This document shows positions 1 to 12,700 of a stretch of DNA of 64,000 nucleotides, piece by piece. How positions within the stretch are numbered: position 1 is the first letter of the stretch; the number at the start of each line of letters is the position of its first letter. Made by a program: the position numbers and the translations under genes. The stretch spans positions 488,384 to 552,383 of the forward strand of contig NW_005434652.1 of the NCBI RefSeq assembly GCF_000315625.1, in the 5' to 3' direction. Source of the DNA: Guillardia theta CCMP2712 (lineage: Eukaryota > Protista > Cryptophyta). A model generated the notes under the pieces. That model was given only the letters and a program-made list of their open reading frames with translations, made no database searches and was not told where the DNA came from.

Positions 1-523
1 CCGGAGGCTCTCTCAGTGCGCTCAGTGCGGCCCGTGTGGTGAGCGGGGATGAGGTCCATGGCTTTTGGAGCCGTCGGGCGAGCGATGGAAGTTGTAGAGA
101 GGCGATGAGGAGGATGAAGATGGCGAGAGAGATGATAGATGATGATGGATATGGTCGCTAACTGTGTTGTTGCATGTGTGGGACACCGTGCTTTCTAGGA
201 TTCAGACTGTATGTTGCGGTCTATGCCATTCACAAGCTGTGAAAAGTGCTGTTAGGTGCAAGGTGATGAAGGCAGTGCGATGTGCGACTCAACCGGTCAT
301 GCCGCATTATGAGAGATACGAGGGCAGAGACTGGGTAGTGCAAGGATGTTGAATGGAGGAGCAGTGAGGACGAGAAACTAATACGGCGGCACTGCAAACT
401 TTGGATAGTTTTCCTCTTCACAAACTAAGAGGAGCCTGAATGATGGTTTGCAGGACGGTCGGCCTTCGAGCGACAACCAACAAGAGATGAGAGCAGCTCC
501 TTGAACCTCGAGGAAGGGAACCA

Positions 524-3500
524 ATGAAGTCCCTCCTCCAGAAATTCCGAAAGGAGGAGAAGGAGCAGCCGCTGGGCGAGTGCGGAGTGGGGATCGTGTT
601 TGCCCCAGGGCCAGACAAGGGGTTGTATGTCCGTGAGATCGCAGAGGGAGGCCCAGCCTGGAGGGCAAACGAGGGGTACAGCGGCCCGATCAATGGCAGG
701 GAGAGCGTCGTCAGGGTCGGCGATTGCCTTCTTGATGTACAGGTGAAGCTCGTTTGTGAAGACTTTGGGTTGTCCTAACAGTGTTGGATCAGGACGTCTT
801 GGAGCCCTACAACCCCTACTCAGACAAGCCGGCAAAGAAGGGCAAGAAGCACGATGTGTTCGGCAAGAACCTGAGCCACGTCATCCGTGTCCTAAGAGGG
901 CCGCCGGATAGCTACGTCGAGCTCACCTTCCGGCGCGTCACCAACCGCGGGCTTGCTGTGCCTGTGACTGTCTGCATCCAGCGCGGAGAACCGGCAACCA
1001 CACGAGACGTCGACAACTATCGTGTGAAGCGACTGAGCGCTGAGCTGCAAGAGAGGTTCAAGGACATCGACGAGGACAACAGCGGCGAGATCTCGTTGGA
1101 TGAAGTTGTTTCCTACCTCCTTCGAAACCCGTTGCCTGGCCAAGGTGACGTGTGGAAGACCGCCAACTTCCTCTTCAAGAGGGCGGACAAGGATGAGAGT
1201 GGGTCCATCAGCGCCGCTGAGTTTGAGAAGGAGTTCAACAAGCTCTATGAGCAGATGGCGTCACAAACAGCTCCTACCGATCTGGAGGAGCAGGCGGAAG
1301 TTTCCATCGAAGAAGCTTTCAGCAACTCTCTAGCCTCCATGCGCGAGGATCTGATTCGAGCGATTCATGTGATCAAACGCCCGTACATGATGCAGCTGTG
1401 GCAACACATTCGAGACCCGGAGGACGCGTTTCTGATCTCCAGCATGTACCGGTTGGAGGGCTACGACTCCCAGAAGCCAGGCTCTGGCAAGTACATCCTG
1501 CACTCGAAGATCTATGATGCCAGTAGCCAGTTCTTCTGGAAATGCTTCTTGCGCATTCATGCTGCGCTGCACACTGCGCAAGCGATCTTGAAGAAGGAGA
1601 TGGAGCAGGAGTTCATCGACGAGGAGGAAGAGGAAGGAGCCATCATTGAAGTCAGCAAGCTGCTTGTCCTGCCAAGGGTCATCTCCCTCGATGAGCTTTC
1701 AAGAGAGCACGAATCGCGCTCCACCATCATGGTGAACGTGAGCCGTTGCCCTGGTCGAGGATACCCGCCGCGGTTGTGGCAGCCGAAAGAGAAAGTTATT
1801 GATCTGTTTGCGAGCCAGAAGTTCATCGAGATGCCTTCGCCGTTCATAGGCCGAACAGAGTCAGTCTATCACGTGATCGAGTCTCTAACTCTCAAGAGGC
1901 TCAACACCATCATCGGTGAGACCGGGTTCGGCAAGAGCTACACCCTCCGTGCCGTCTTGCACACCCTGCAGGTGCGAGCAGAGGAGTCTCCGACGGGAAG
2001 GTACATGTACAAGGACGGAGTCTTCCTCGTCGACTGCATAGACATCCGATCCTTCGAGCGCCTGGCTTACGTTCTTGGGACGTCGTTCGGGCTGCTGAGC
2101 GTGTCGGTCAAGGAGATCATTCGGGACATTCATGGCGCAAATTTCCTGCTGGCGCTGGATGGAGTCGACGGGCTGCTGGACATCGGGCTGAGCGAGATGC
2201 GCACCTTCATAACAGACCTGCTGGAGGGATGCCCGGGGATGAGCATGATTATGACGTGCAACAGCGCGTGCGGCATCCCCTACGAGAACATCATCGGCCT
2301 CACCATGCTGAACCACAACGAGCTCGCGCAGCTCGTGTGCTACGACTTCCCCCCGGGCAAGGACTACCGCTTCACGTCGTCGGAGGTCGTCTGCGACTAC
2401 CTCAACGGCAACCCCTTCGCTGCAAGGCTGGCGGCGTCGCTGATCTCGGAGAAGATCAGCCCGGCCGAGATGCAGGACGTGATCTCAACCCTCAAGGACA
2501 TCGACGTCAGGAACACACGGGCCAGCCTCATCGACGCGGACCCCTGGGCTGACGGCACGCGGGTGATCCTCAACTTGGACGGCTCGGTCTACGGCTCTTC
2601 CTTGTGCCTGTGTGCCTGGATGAAGATGGCGCTGGGCCACACCACGACTCACTTCGAACGTGCCTACAACTTCGTGCGGTTCCTTGTGTTCTTCCCGGGA
2701 GGCGTGCTGTACCGGGACGTGACGGCGCTGGTGCACGAGGCCGAGAAAGTTCTCGATTGGCTGATCAACTCGTTCAAGTTCGTGGATGTCTTGAATCTCG
2801 ACGGGACCACCTGCTCCCTGAAGGAAGCGATCGCGAGCAAGAGCGCGGTCCTCAAGCTGAGGACGAGCGTGGCCAAGGTGGTGAATATCATGAACGAGCC
2901 GTTCCCAAAGGAGAGCAGGCGGTACCTCAAGCTCATGTTTCCGCTGCTCGAGCGCCATGCGGAGGATGTGCTCCAGAGCATTGAGCACAACGACAGCGCC
3001 ACTGCCGTGATGATGCTCTCGATGATCGAGTCCAACATCCTCTCCTGCACAGACGCGGAGGTGATGCTGCGCGCTGACATCTGCGGCACAGACACGGAGA
3101 TGATCGAGAGCATCGGGAAGGTTTCTTACACCCTTGCAATCATCCTGATGTCTTTCAACCGCCTGCCGGAGGCCCTTGACGCCTGTGCAACTGCCTGCTT
3201 CTTCTTCAAGACCGTCTGCGAGTACGAGATCACCGGCCCGTCGATCGCTCAGAGGCGCCTGGATGACCATCCCGTCAAGGGTCCAGCTAGCCTCGCCCGT
3301 GGCCTCCGTCTGTCAGGCGAGATCAAGCTCATGGTTGGTGCTCTTGACTCGGCGATGGAGGACCTGAAGAACGGCTACTTGCTGGAGTGCCCCAAGAAGT
3401 TGTCGGTGATCGCCTTCAGTCACCTCGGCTCGCCCATCGGGCAGGGAGACTGCCTGACGGCGCTCGGGGAGATCGAGTTGCTCACAGGAGATTTCCCGGC

Positions 3501-6396
3501 GAGCAGCGAGTACCTCAAGCACGGGCTCAAGGCGTACCGCGAGGTCAACAGCGAGGAGGGGATCTCTGTGCTCAAGGTGCTGGCAAGCCAGCTGAAGGCA
3601 GCAACCGGCGACATGCTCGGAGCGTTCAGCACCATCAACTTCAGCATCCAGAAGTTCCGAGAGGGCGAGAGCGCGTGGCGGCTCGCCAGCGCTCTCTGCA
3701 ACCGATCGGAGTACGCACTGTCGATATCGAACCTTGCTCGAGCACGAGAAGACATTCAAGAGGCCCTCACTATCTTCCTCATCAGGAACGACCTCGTTGG
3801 TGTGGCGCTCGCCAAGAAGCTGCTGGGGGAGTGCTGCTACAATCTTACCGAGTACCCAGCTGCTATCCGACACCTAAGCGAGGCCAAGACCTTCGCTCAC
3901 ATGGCACACTCGGACTTCCTGGAGGGCGAGAGCGAGCGATGCATGGGCCTCGTCACCTCGACTCACATCTTCATGGGCGAGGGCAGGCCGAGGTACGCGC
4001 ATGCGATCAAGCACATGAACAACGCGCTCGCCATCTTCGGGAGGATCCACTACTTGGTGGGGGAGGGAAACTGCTACAGGAGCCTCGCAGCGATCTACAA
4101 GAAGCTCAAGCACAAGCATCATCGCATTGAGTCCCTCAACCTCGCGCTCAAGGCCTACCAGCGCGTCGGACACAGGCTGGGCATCGCGATCGTCGACAGT
4201 GAGCTTGCGAGGATCTACGAGAAGATGGGCAAGTTGGAGGAGGCCAACACCAAAGTCCAGGAGGCGCTTCCTGCCCTGCAGGCGAGTAGTGAGGGAGGAC
4301 GGGAGAAGGTTGACGACGAGTTGGCAGGAGGTGGGCAAGAGATATCGAGTCATCTCCAAGTCAGGGTTGCTGATGGTGGAGGGAAACGACAGGAACAAGG
4401 ACTCACAGAAACCCAAGACCTCCCTGGAAGAAGACGATTACTGGAAGAAAAAGTAGCTAAGTCTTGTCCTTGTGCTTCTGCTAACCCCGCTGATCCTACT
4501 TCTTCCTGCCACTCTCTCCTTAACCCCCCCCCATGTCTTTCCTTCCATGATCCACTCCTCCTTTTCATCCTCCTCCCCTCCTCAACCTCTTCCTCCCCTC
4601 TCACTCCTCCCCCTCCCCCTCCAACCCCTTTCCGCCTCCTCCGTAAACCTACTAATCACGAGCATACAGGATGCCAGAAATCGACTTCAAGGCAGCTGGC
4701 GAGGCTTCTGCTGCAGACCTTATCCGAAAGGTCCTGGGCCATTACGCCATGGACGACGTGCAGGGCACAGCCGGCATCAAGAGGCAAGTGCTAGTGGGCC
4801 ATACCGGCGTCAGCTTCCTCGGTTCGTCGCGCCGCGCGTGTCTGCTGCGCTTGACCATGGATGCAGATGTACCGCACGTGTGGGTTGAAGGAGAGGGATG
4901 GAAATACTGCGATGACAAGGAGCACGATGCGTTCGAAGAGGTGAGAAGTGGGAGAAGAGAGAGGAGAGTGGGGGAAGGAGGAGGAAGGGAAGAGGGGGAT
5001 GGAGGAGGAGGAGGAGGAAGGGAAGGAGAGAAGAGAGGAGGGGAAGGAGGTGGAGGAGAGAAGAGAGGATGGAGTGGAGGTGGAGGGAGCGGAGGGAGGA
5101 GACGGAGGGGCATGGGGAGCTGACCCGCTGCAAGATTCACTGGTACAGCACGGACGTGAAGGGCAAGAGGGTGAGCTTTGTCTTGCCTTCTTGGGAGCGA
5201 AGGCTGATGAGGTGCAGATGGCGGCAGAGGAGTCGAAGAAAAGCAAGAAGAATGTACTCGCACGCTCTCTTCCTATCGCAAACTCCCCAATCCCCCTTCT
5301 TCTTGGTCTTGGTCTTGCTCCTCAGCCTCCGGAGACATCTACTCTGCCTTCTCCTCATTCCTCCGCCAATCGATCCCCTCCCTTCTCCTCCTCACCATCA
5401 CCAAAGAGCTTCCTGCTGCTTGTGATTTCTCATCTTCAGGCAAATGCCATGCTGCGGGCGCTGGGGCTGCATGACGAGAAGGACTTGACCAAGGTCTGCC
5501 CCTCCCCTCCCCTTGTCCTCCTCAACTGCTCCAGCTCCGGGACCAAGCTGTTCGTGTCTTCCGGCAGTTCGACGACGACAACAGCGGCAAGGTGATGGAA
5601 GACATCGCTGCCTCCCATCCCTCCACTCCTCCTCCTCTCTCTGTCCTCCGTTCCCCTTCCCTCCTCCCCTCTCCCTCCCTCTAATGTTCTTCCTCCTCCC
5701 GTCTCTGACAAGACTCATAGCTCACCGCCTCGGAGATCAAGGAAGCGTTTGAGAACCTGGGCATGAGGTCCTCGCGTGCGGCTCTCAGCTCATCCTCACC
5801 CTCTCACAGCATCTCGCTCAAGGAGGTTCGCGCCATGATCGACATGATCGGTAGACATACTTAGCGCTCTCCCGCAAGCTCATCCCCCCGCAGACGACAA
5901 CGGCGACGGCATGGTGGACGAAGAGGAGTTCTGCACTCTGGTAAGGTTGGGGAGGAGGAGGGTAGCGGGCTCACCTGCTGCAGGTGTTCAAGTCCATCAG
6001 AGAGTGGAGGGACGCGGAAGATGATGAAGAGAAGCTCGAGGAAGTGGATAAGTATGCTGCTCCTCCCCCTTCACCTCTGCGCCAACTCCTTGGCCCTGCC
6101 TGTCCTCTTCTGTCCTGCCTTCCTGCCTGCCTGCCGGCCGGCCGGCCGGCCTCGCTCGTCTGACAAACTCTTTACAGTGACGTCAAGATGCTGAACAAGA
6201 GACGCGGCAAAGTCGTGAAGTCGCAGGAGATAGAAGGAGCAGAGTAACCCCCGCTTCGCCTCCTTTCCTTTTACGTGACGGCTCTGTGTGCAGCCTGGCC
6301 CAAGAAGACAGTCCCAGCGGCGCGTCTAGGATGAGCGGAAAGGAGGAAGGTGGCGGGCTCTCGGAGGAGGAGGACGAGGCTCTGGCCGTCGTCTGA
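524..6396 (+). CDS. Multi-exon NLR-like protein: PDZ - 2 EF-hands - STAND/NB-ARC P-loop NTPase - TPR repeats - 2 EF-hands
   Basis: The exon at 524 (GVGIVFAPGPDKGLYVREIAEGGPA...VRVGDCLLDVQ) splices via a GT-AG intron at 743-792 to ...VIRVLRGPPDSYVELTFRR, giving a PDZ domain. EF loops DIDEDNSGEISLDE and DKDESGSISAAEF follow. FIGRTES...RLNTIIGETGFGKS is a Walker A (1915-1938), LLALDGVD a Walker B and GNPFA a GLPL-like motif. Helical TPR-like repeats span ~3250-4280. C-terminal exons give DDDNSGK and DDNGDGMVDEEEF. Stop TGA at 6394-6396. Confidence 0.85.
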
Positions 6397-6823
6397 GGGA
6401 TAGAAGGATAACGGACTGGTATGAGAACTTTCAGACTAGTTGAGGAATCGCATAGCCGCGTGTAGTAGGTTTGCAGTGAATGCAGTAACATGACTGTCGA
6501 CCAAGTTCCTCGTCTCAGTCACGGCGTATTTACGTGCCGCAGTGCAGCACTGAGCACTGCGACCCAGCCGAGCGAGACCCGGACTCGGGGCGCATGCCAG
6601 TGACCGATCGGACCGCCGGCCGGACTCCGGACTGAGTCCGCCGCCGCTCAATGGACCTCTTCCCCTCATCGACCCTTCACCCCGCGCCACCTGCCCGCGC
6701 CAGCCCGCAGCCAGCCCGCCCCAGAGCCTGCCCTCAAACTCGCAATGGTTTCGAAATCGACGCTGCGCTTGTCCCTGCGCTGGAGTAGGGCATGATAGGC
6801 GGCGAAGAAGGAGAAGAGGGATC

Positions 6824-8153
6824 ATGAACCGATCTCTCGATCGCAAGAAATGCATCCTTTTGCTCGCTCTGTATGTGATTTGTCTCAATGCTCCAGCAGC
6901 AAGCATTGAGCGAGGTAAGGTAGACGCATACGCGGCTTCAGTCCATGCCCTCAGAGAGAGGCTGAAGAAGAGAGCCCCCACGGACGAGAACAATGATCAG
7001 AACCTTCTGGAGCTCCAGAACTTGTTGGCGACAGCTGAAAATTCGATCAGGGACAAGAAAACAGATGCCAAGAAGCAAATGGAAGAACTTCGTAAGCGGG
7101 AAGCAGGATTACATCGAAGTCAAGTCCTCTGGCGCAGCAAAGCCAAGGAAGCAGAGAGAAACGCTGAGATGGCGCGCAAGAAGGAGGCCGAGGCGGTGAA
7201 AGCGAAGGATCTGGCACAGGTTTCATCCCAAGAAGCATACAGCCTCGAGGTTGCCTCAAAACAGTGCGAGGAGGAAACCCGATGTTTGAAATCAAGTGTC
7301 TCTCAACTGATGGAAGAGACTAAGGACGCAGAAATCGAGCTGAGTGAGCTGAAGAGCCAGATCAAGGATCTTTCATTATCCAGTAGGCTTGCTATTGCTC
7401 GTCAAGTCAAGGCGAGGCCAGCTGAGGGGTTGAGAAGATTTGCCGGTCAACGGTATGAGGCGGAGATCATGAACGCGGACGTGGCAGACAAGAACAGTAG
7501 GACAATCCCACTAGAAGGTGACGACAGGACAAAGTTAAGAGATGCCAGCAGACAAACAGCGGAGGAGATCGGAGGAAGAACTGAGAGTGGGCCCAGCGCT
7601 ATCCGGAGGAGGCTCGATCCGAAGGATTCCGATCTTCCTCCCTTGGATGGCCTGAGGGATGAATCGGAGCCCGAGCAAGCTGAGACTGCAAATCAAGATA
7701 CGTTTCAGTCAAGGTCATTGGCGGAGATGATTGAGGACGGGGCTGAAGCTGCATCAAAGGATGGAAACGGTGAGCATGTCGCGAGTGCAAAGCGTCAGTC
7801 CAAGCGAACCAAACAAGGCACCTTGGTTCAATCCGTTGATGCCAGCACAGAGGCTCCTGAAAGGGCCAGTAGCGTCTCCAAGGGCCACTCAAAGAGCAAG
7901 GAGAAGGATCATGAGGTACTCCTTCAGTCTCGGCACTGCCTGTCCTGATCCTTGACGATATACAGTTGAGGTGTACCCCGACTGCTGCAAACTTCCACGA
8001 AGACCGTCAGAGCCCGGATCAAAACCTTGCTGGTAGTCACTGCCACTGTCTGATGCCAGATGTCTCTTACACGGATGAGATGCAGATGGAGACAATGACA
8101 AGATAACCCGTAAGTCTTCGTCCAAAGAGAGCAAGCACAGTGAAGGTAGATGA
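6824..8153 (+). CDS. Hypothetical secreted/ER coiled-coil protein
   Basis: 374-aa open frame with an N-terminal hydrophobic signal-like segment (CILLLALYVICLNAPAA), heptad-rich E/K/Q region and low-complexity tail. The 3' exons are inferred from short GT-AG introns, so the end is uncertain. Confidence 0.65.
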
Positions 8154-8415
8154 AGCCTTTCCTTGTCGTTCCCCTCATCTCGACCCCGCGGCAGGCAAGA
8201 AGAAGAAGGAAAAGAAGAAGAAGAAGCCGGTTGCTTTGTAATTTATTTTGAAAAGTATGTGATTCTTTGTGCCAACTATCATGCTTGCTATAGTCACACT
8301 TTTGGGTCACTCACTGATACTGCTAAATTACAAGAGGAGCTGATCAAAGATTACTTGCAAAGCAATCTTCATGTTGTAGCTGAAACCTGCTTGAGACTTG
8401 GAAGACAAGTCTGTC

Positions 8416-8880
8416 CTATGATTCGTTGACCTTCTTGATTCGTCCTGTGAACGGCATGCCGCTACGGAAGCCAGTCTTAAACCGAGCGAACACTTTTTTC
8501 ATGTGGCGGCGTCTTCCCATGCCTTCAGGATTCTTCTTGAGGGTGTAGCGCTTCATCTTCTGAGAGCTATGGCGACTTTTACGCGGATAGCTCATGTGAT
8601 ACTTGTACCCGGGATGAGACTTCGCTCCTGTCCCATGCTTTCCCTGCGAGGCAGTTCCCTTCTTGCCTCCTGATAGGCGCAGGACAGATGGCATATGGTC
8701 CACAAGAGTGGCATGATGGGCTGAAGATTGAAGAAATGAAGTGATCAGTGACTTTCGGTTGCTGGAACATACGATGAGTTGACTTGGGAGGCTTTTCTCG
8801 TCAGATGCTGATGCGACCTGAATACTGCTTGCAACAAGAGAAACCAAGACCAACAGCATGTTGGGGATCATGTTTGCCAT
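8416..8880 (-). CDS. RPL37: Ribosomal protein eL37-like (zinc finger lost) with N-terminal bipartite targeting leader
   Basis: The C-terminal 82 aa (KKGTASQGKH...SYPRK...GMGRRRHMKKVFARFKTGFRSG) align by eye with eL37 (TKGTSSFGKR...GYPAK...[22 protein letters not shown]). The N-terminal 72 aa are a signal peptide (MLLVLVSLVASSIQVASA) plus a Ser-rich spacer ending VLRLSGG. Intronless. Confidence 0.8.
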   Translation of the reverse strand: MANMIPNMLLVLVSLVASSIQVASASDEKSLPSQLIVCSSNRKSLITSFLQSSAHHATLVDHMPSVLRLSGGKKGTASQGKHGTGAKSHPGYKYHMSYPRKSRHSSQKMKRYTLKKNPEGMGRRRHMKKVFARFKTGFRSGMPFTGRIKKVNES

Positions 8881-9748
8881 GACGGAGGATCTAGCCAGAG
8901 AGAAAGAGCAAAGAGAGTCGGGGGCCGAAGGATGGCTCGAAGAAATCAGAACAGGACGGCGCTGGGACTGAGCTTGAACCTGCTGCGCAGGGTGTGCATG
9001 AGCGGCCGGGAGGGGAAACGGTGGGATGGCCTAGGGGTGGGGGTGGTAGGATTCGACGTAGACGGGAGGGGTGTTTCCTACTAGAAACCTGGGTAGGGGT
9101 AGTTAGTTGAGAAAGTTTGAAAGTTCTACCAGAGGAAGATCAATTCCAAAGTTTTCAAACGAAGTTCATTGAGAAGTTTGGAAGTTTGGATCAATTACCC
9201 CTACCCTCCAATTAACAGAGAAAATAACCGGTGTGAAAATTCAATTTGAATCCGACCATGGCCGATGGGTACCCGACGGGATCCCGGGGTGGTGACGATG
9301 GCAGAAGATGCGAGAAGAGTGAGAGAAGAAGAGACGAAGAAAGAAGATTTGGGTATACGTAGACAGACAGAGCATGACCAGCATGGAAAAGTGTGGAGGA
9401 AGGATCAGGAGGAGAGATGGCAATCTAGACTTGGGCGACGAAGGGGTTGTGGAGCGAAAGAAGGATTCCACGGCGAGCATGAAGGAAGGGATGAAAATGA
9501 TTATAGACATGGAAGAGGAATAGAACGATCCTATGCTCAAGCAATGAACAATCAGGAGTGATAAAGCATTTAGTCATCTATAAATACAAAGATTTCTCCA
9601 CATTGAATTTTGTTGAACCGCAGTCTGACTCCTGCTTGAATTAGTTCAAACAAAGTTTATGACATTTTAATTCTTGGGGCATCCGAAACTTTCTGGTAAG
9701 GGGCTTCTACCGTTTGAACCTTTCCATGATGTACGAACTCACACCAGA

Positions 9749-12700
9749 ATGAGCGGCGCCGTTCCCTCCACCCCGATGACACAGACTCGTCAAACTCGTT
9801 CCTCGCGTACCCACACAGGTGAACTTCATGACAGTGAATGATCCTTCTAATACCCTGGAATCAGATGAATTCGACAAAGAAAATCTTCCGCCTCCCTTCG
9901 CCACTCCGATCGGCAAGCCAGTTCCTGCATCTGCAACCCCTGTGCATCCTGGAAGCCATGCTTGCTCAGGCACTCGCACCTTGCTGTTTGATTGCTATTT
10001 CAGTGTTGTGAACCAAGATACAGAAACTCCATCTAACAAACCCACATTCACCCCGAGCTCCAAGACAGGAGAGGCCCCCAAGACCTTAGACCAGGTGATT
10101 GCTTTTCTCATTGATTGCGATGGGCTCACCGGATGTTGCAGTGGGACAAGATACTTCGGAGTTTGCCCATGTCGACAGCAGCTGACAGGGTGAAGTTGTC
10201 TTGTCAGGTACAGAGGCAAGTCATGTTGCTCATTCTTTTTGGTTGACAGGCGAGACTCGAGCGTCTCTTCGAACGAGTTCTGGGGTCCGGCAGCGGCACG
10301 GAGGAGCTTGAGATTTCTTCTCATAAAGACAACGAGGTCTGGCGCTGTGCTTGCAATACGATGAGGGATTGAGGATGTGTTGATGCAGACCTACATCTCT
10401 CTTTGGCTCTACCGGATAACTCTTGACCCGGATGAGGGATTGTCGTACACGAAGTTTATGCGAAAATGGCACATTGGAAGAAAATGTGCTGCTGTCTATA
10501 TCCAGCAGGCACTCTCATCATCTTGTTGTATAATGGTTCGAGAGTTGATGGATACACCAGGGACTTCTTTCAGGAGACAAAGCATACAAGCCTATTCAGG
10601 TGGAGCACCAACCCCACTGCTTTGACCTGAGATCATGCATTTCTGTGCAGGAGGGGAAAGAGAATGGTGCCCAACCTGTGTCTGTCCTCGATGACCTGCT
10701 CAAATCTGGAGGGTCAGAAAGTTGCTCACCCGATTGATGTTTCTGAAAAGCGTTTGTAGCGATGGGAAGCCCTTTCAAGATGTTTGTCATGAAGTTTTGA
10801 AATCTTATCCCGAGGTACACACTAACTCTTTCCGTGAAGACAACTGACATGCTCTACGTTCAGGTCCGGTCGATGCTCTCGTTGGACAAAAAAGTAGAGA
10901 GTTCTTCTGGCTAGAGTTTGGCGTGCGATGACTTTTCTCTAGGCATCGGGGTCGACTCAGACTGCTCCGCCTGTGCAAGAGGTTTTCCCCCTGATTGCTT
11001 TGGTTCTGCTTCCTGAAATCTTCAAAGCAGCCAAAGGAGGATACCGTTGTGTTCCAGACCAAGGTCACCATACAGACTCCTGGTGTCAATGTGATGATCT
11101 TCCACCACAGGCGGACAAGACTCCAAAGGTCGCAAAGAAGGTGATATTTCCCCAGCGCTGTCCTGTCATATCCCTTTGCCGACTCTGAAGTCATGACGAA
11201 TACATGATGCTCTTTGAATGCTTCAGGCTGCAATTGAGGAGAAAGAGGAGACTGTGGTCTTCAGCAAGGACATGCATGGAAGTGCCTCGAAGGGAACCTC
11301 ACTTCGAAGTCGGACGGAAACGGAATCCGCGAAGTCGGACGGAAAACCAGAGGAGAAGAAGAGTTCTTCCATCAGACGCGGAGCCTTGCGTTCCGTGAAG
11401 AGAACGGGATTGGGAGGTGATTCCCCTCCATCGTTCTCCTGCGCCGGTTTGAATTGCAGCAGCTGGTCCAGCAAGGCGAGTTTGCCCCAACGAGGCTGTC
11501 GCTGAGGATGAAGAGGCCACCAAGACAGGTTGGGACTTGTCATGCTGGCAGCATGTCTTCCTGACAGATTTCGTCAGTCGATCCCGTCGAAGTCTCCGAG
11601 CGAACAAGGTAGGGCTTCATGATTACGTGCTGCGTGCTGTTCGCCTCGAGATGAATCCTTGCGGCAGTGAGAAAACTTTGGAGCATTCTGCTGAATCAGC
11701 AGAGATCCCCCCCTCCTCCAAGGGCATCCAACACCTTGTGACCGCAGCTTCCCCATGGTTGTATGAGCGCCTGACCTCGTTCCCAGCCTCCCATCACAGA
11801 GCAGGAAGGAAGAAGTTCCAGTGAAGGGAACAACAGGTTCGTGCCTGTTCCTCTCTCCAGCTCGAGCTGACCTGCGCTCAGCATCTCTTCGGGCACGTCC
11901 AACGATTCTGTGAACCGAACTCTGACGCAGGTCTTGCCCGGCTACCTGAACCCTCAACGCATTCACTGTCTCCATAGGAACAAAATCATCTGTCGGACAT
12001 GCCAACTCAACCGATCGACAATGGTAGGACGGGAGGGGTTTGAACTTGCCTGAGTGGCTGAACTCGTTCTGGGCAGGCAAATGCGGCGGCTCTCCCTCCT
12101 TCTCCGGTGCTGCTGCCTCCAAGGGCTTACGAGAGTCCCTGACTGTCATCGACAGATCTCCCGACCCAGCCTCAGCCCAGCATGTTGGGTTCCAGACCGT
12201 CGGGTAGGATTGAGAGGGAGGTCGAGGAGGTGATTTTCCGGCCGCTGGCAAGTAGCATGGAGGCCGAGCAGGTAGCTGACGACTCGTGGGAATGGAAGGG
12301 CTGGACTCTGACGCGACTGTTTATAGCAGGCAAGAGTGCAAGAGGTGCCCAAGGTTTCTCAACAGGAGCGCGAAGCTGCAGACTCTGACGCCTGCGGTTC
12401 CAGGGATACATCTCCGTCAACTCGAAGTTGTACAAGAAGGTAGGCGGGTTGCCCTGCCTCGTGCTTGCTCTTGACGAGAAGAGCAGATTGAAGTGAAGGG
12501 GAAGGGAGGAGGAGGGAAAGTGTACAAAGTTCACCTCAAGGACGACCCGAACAGCATCTGGGCCATTAAGAAGATCAAGGTGATGGAGAGGAGGAGGTCG
12601 TCGTTCCTCCTGCTGAAATCTCTTCAGCTGGAAGGCGACGAAGAGCTCAGAGTGAGCGTGCAAAACGAGATCGACCTGCTGATCGCCTTGAGGTGGAGCG

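Noticed and set aside
1-59. Possible 5' end of a minus-strand gene (MDLIPAHHTGR...)
   Set aside because: Too little sequence in the window to support it.
4327-4794. C-terminal ~150 aa of the 1337-aa ORF (GGQEISSH...PPPPPTPF...)
   Set aside because: Read-through of a GC-AG intron and a CT-rich intron. The real frame shifts at 4282-4327.
9265-9561. 98-aa charged ORF between eL37 and Mps1
   Set aside because: Purine-rich low-complexity sequence with no motif or splice support. Probably non-coding.
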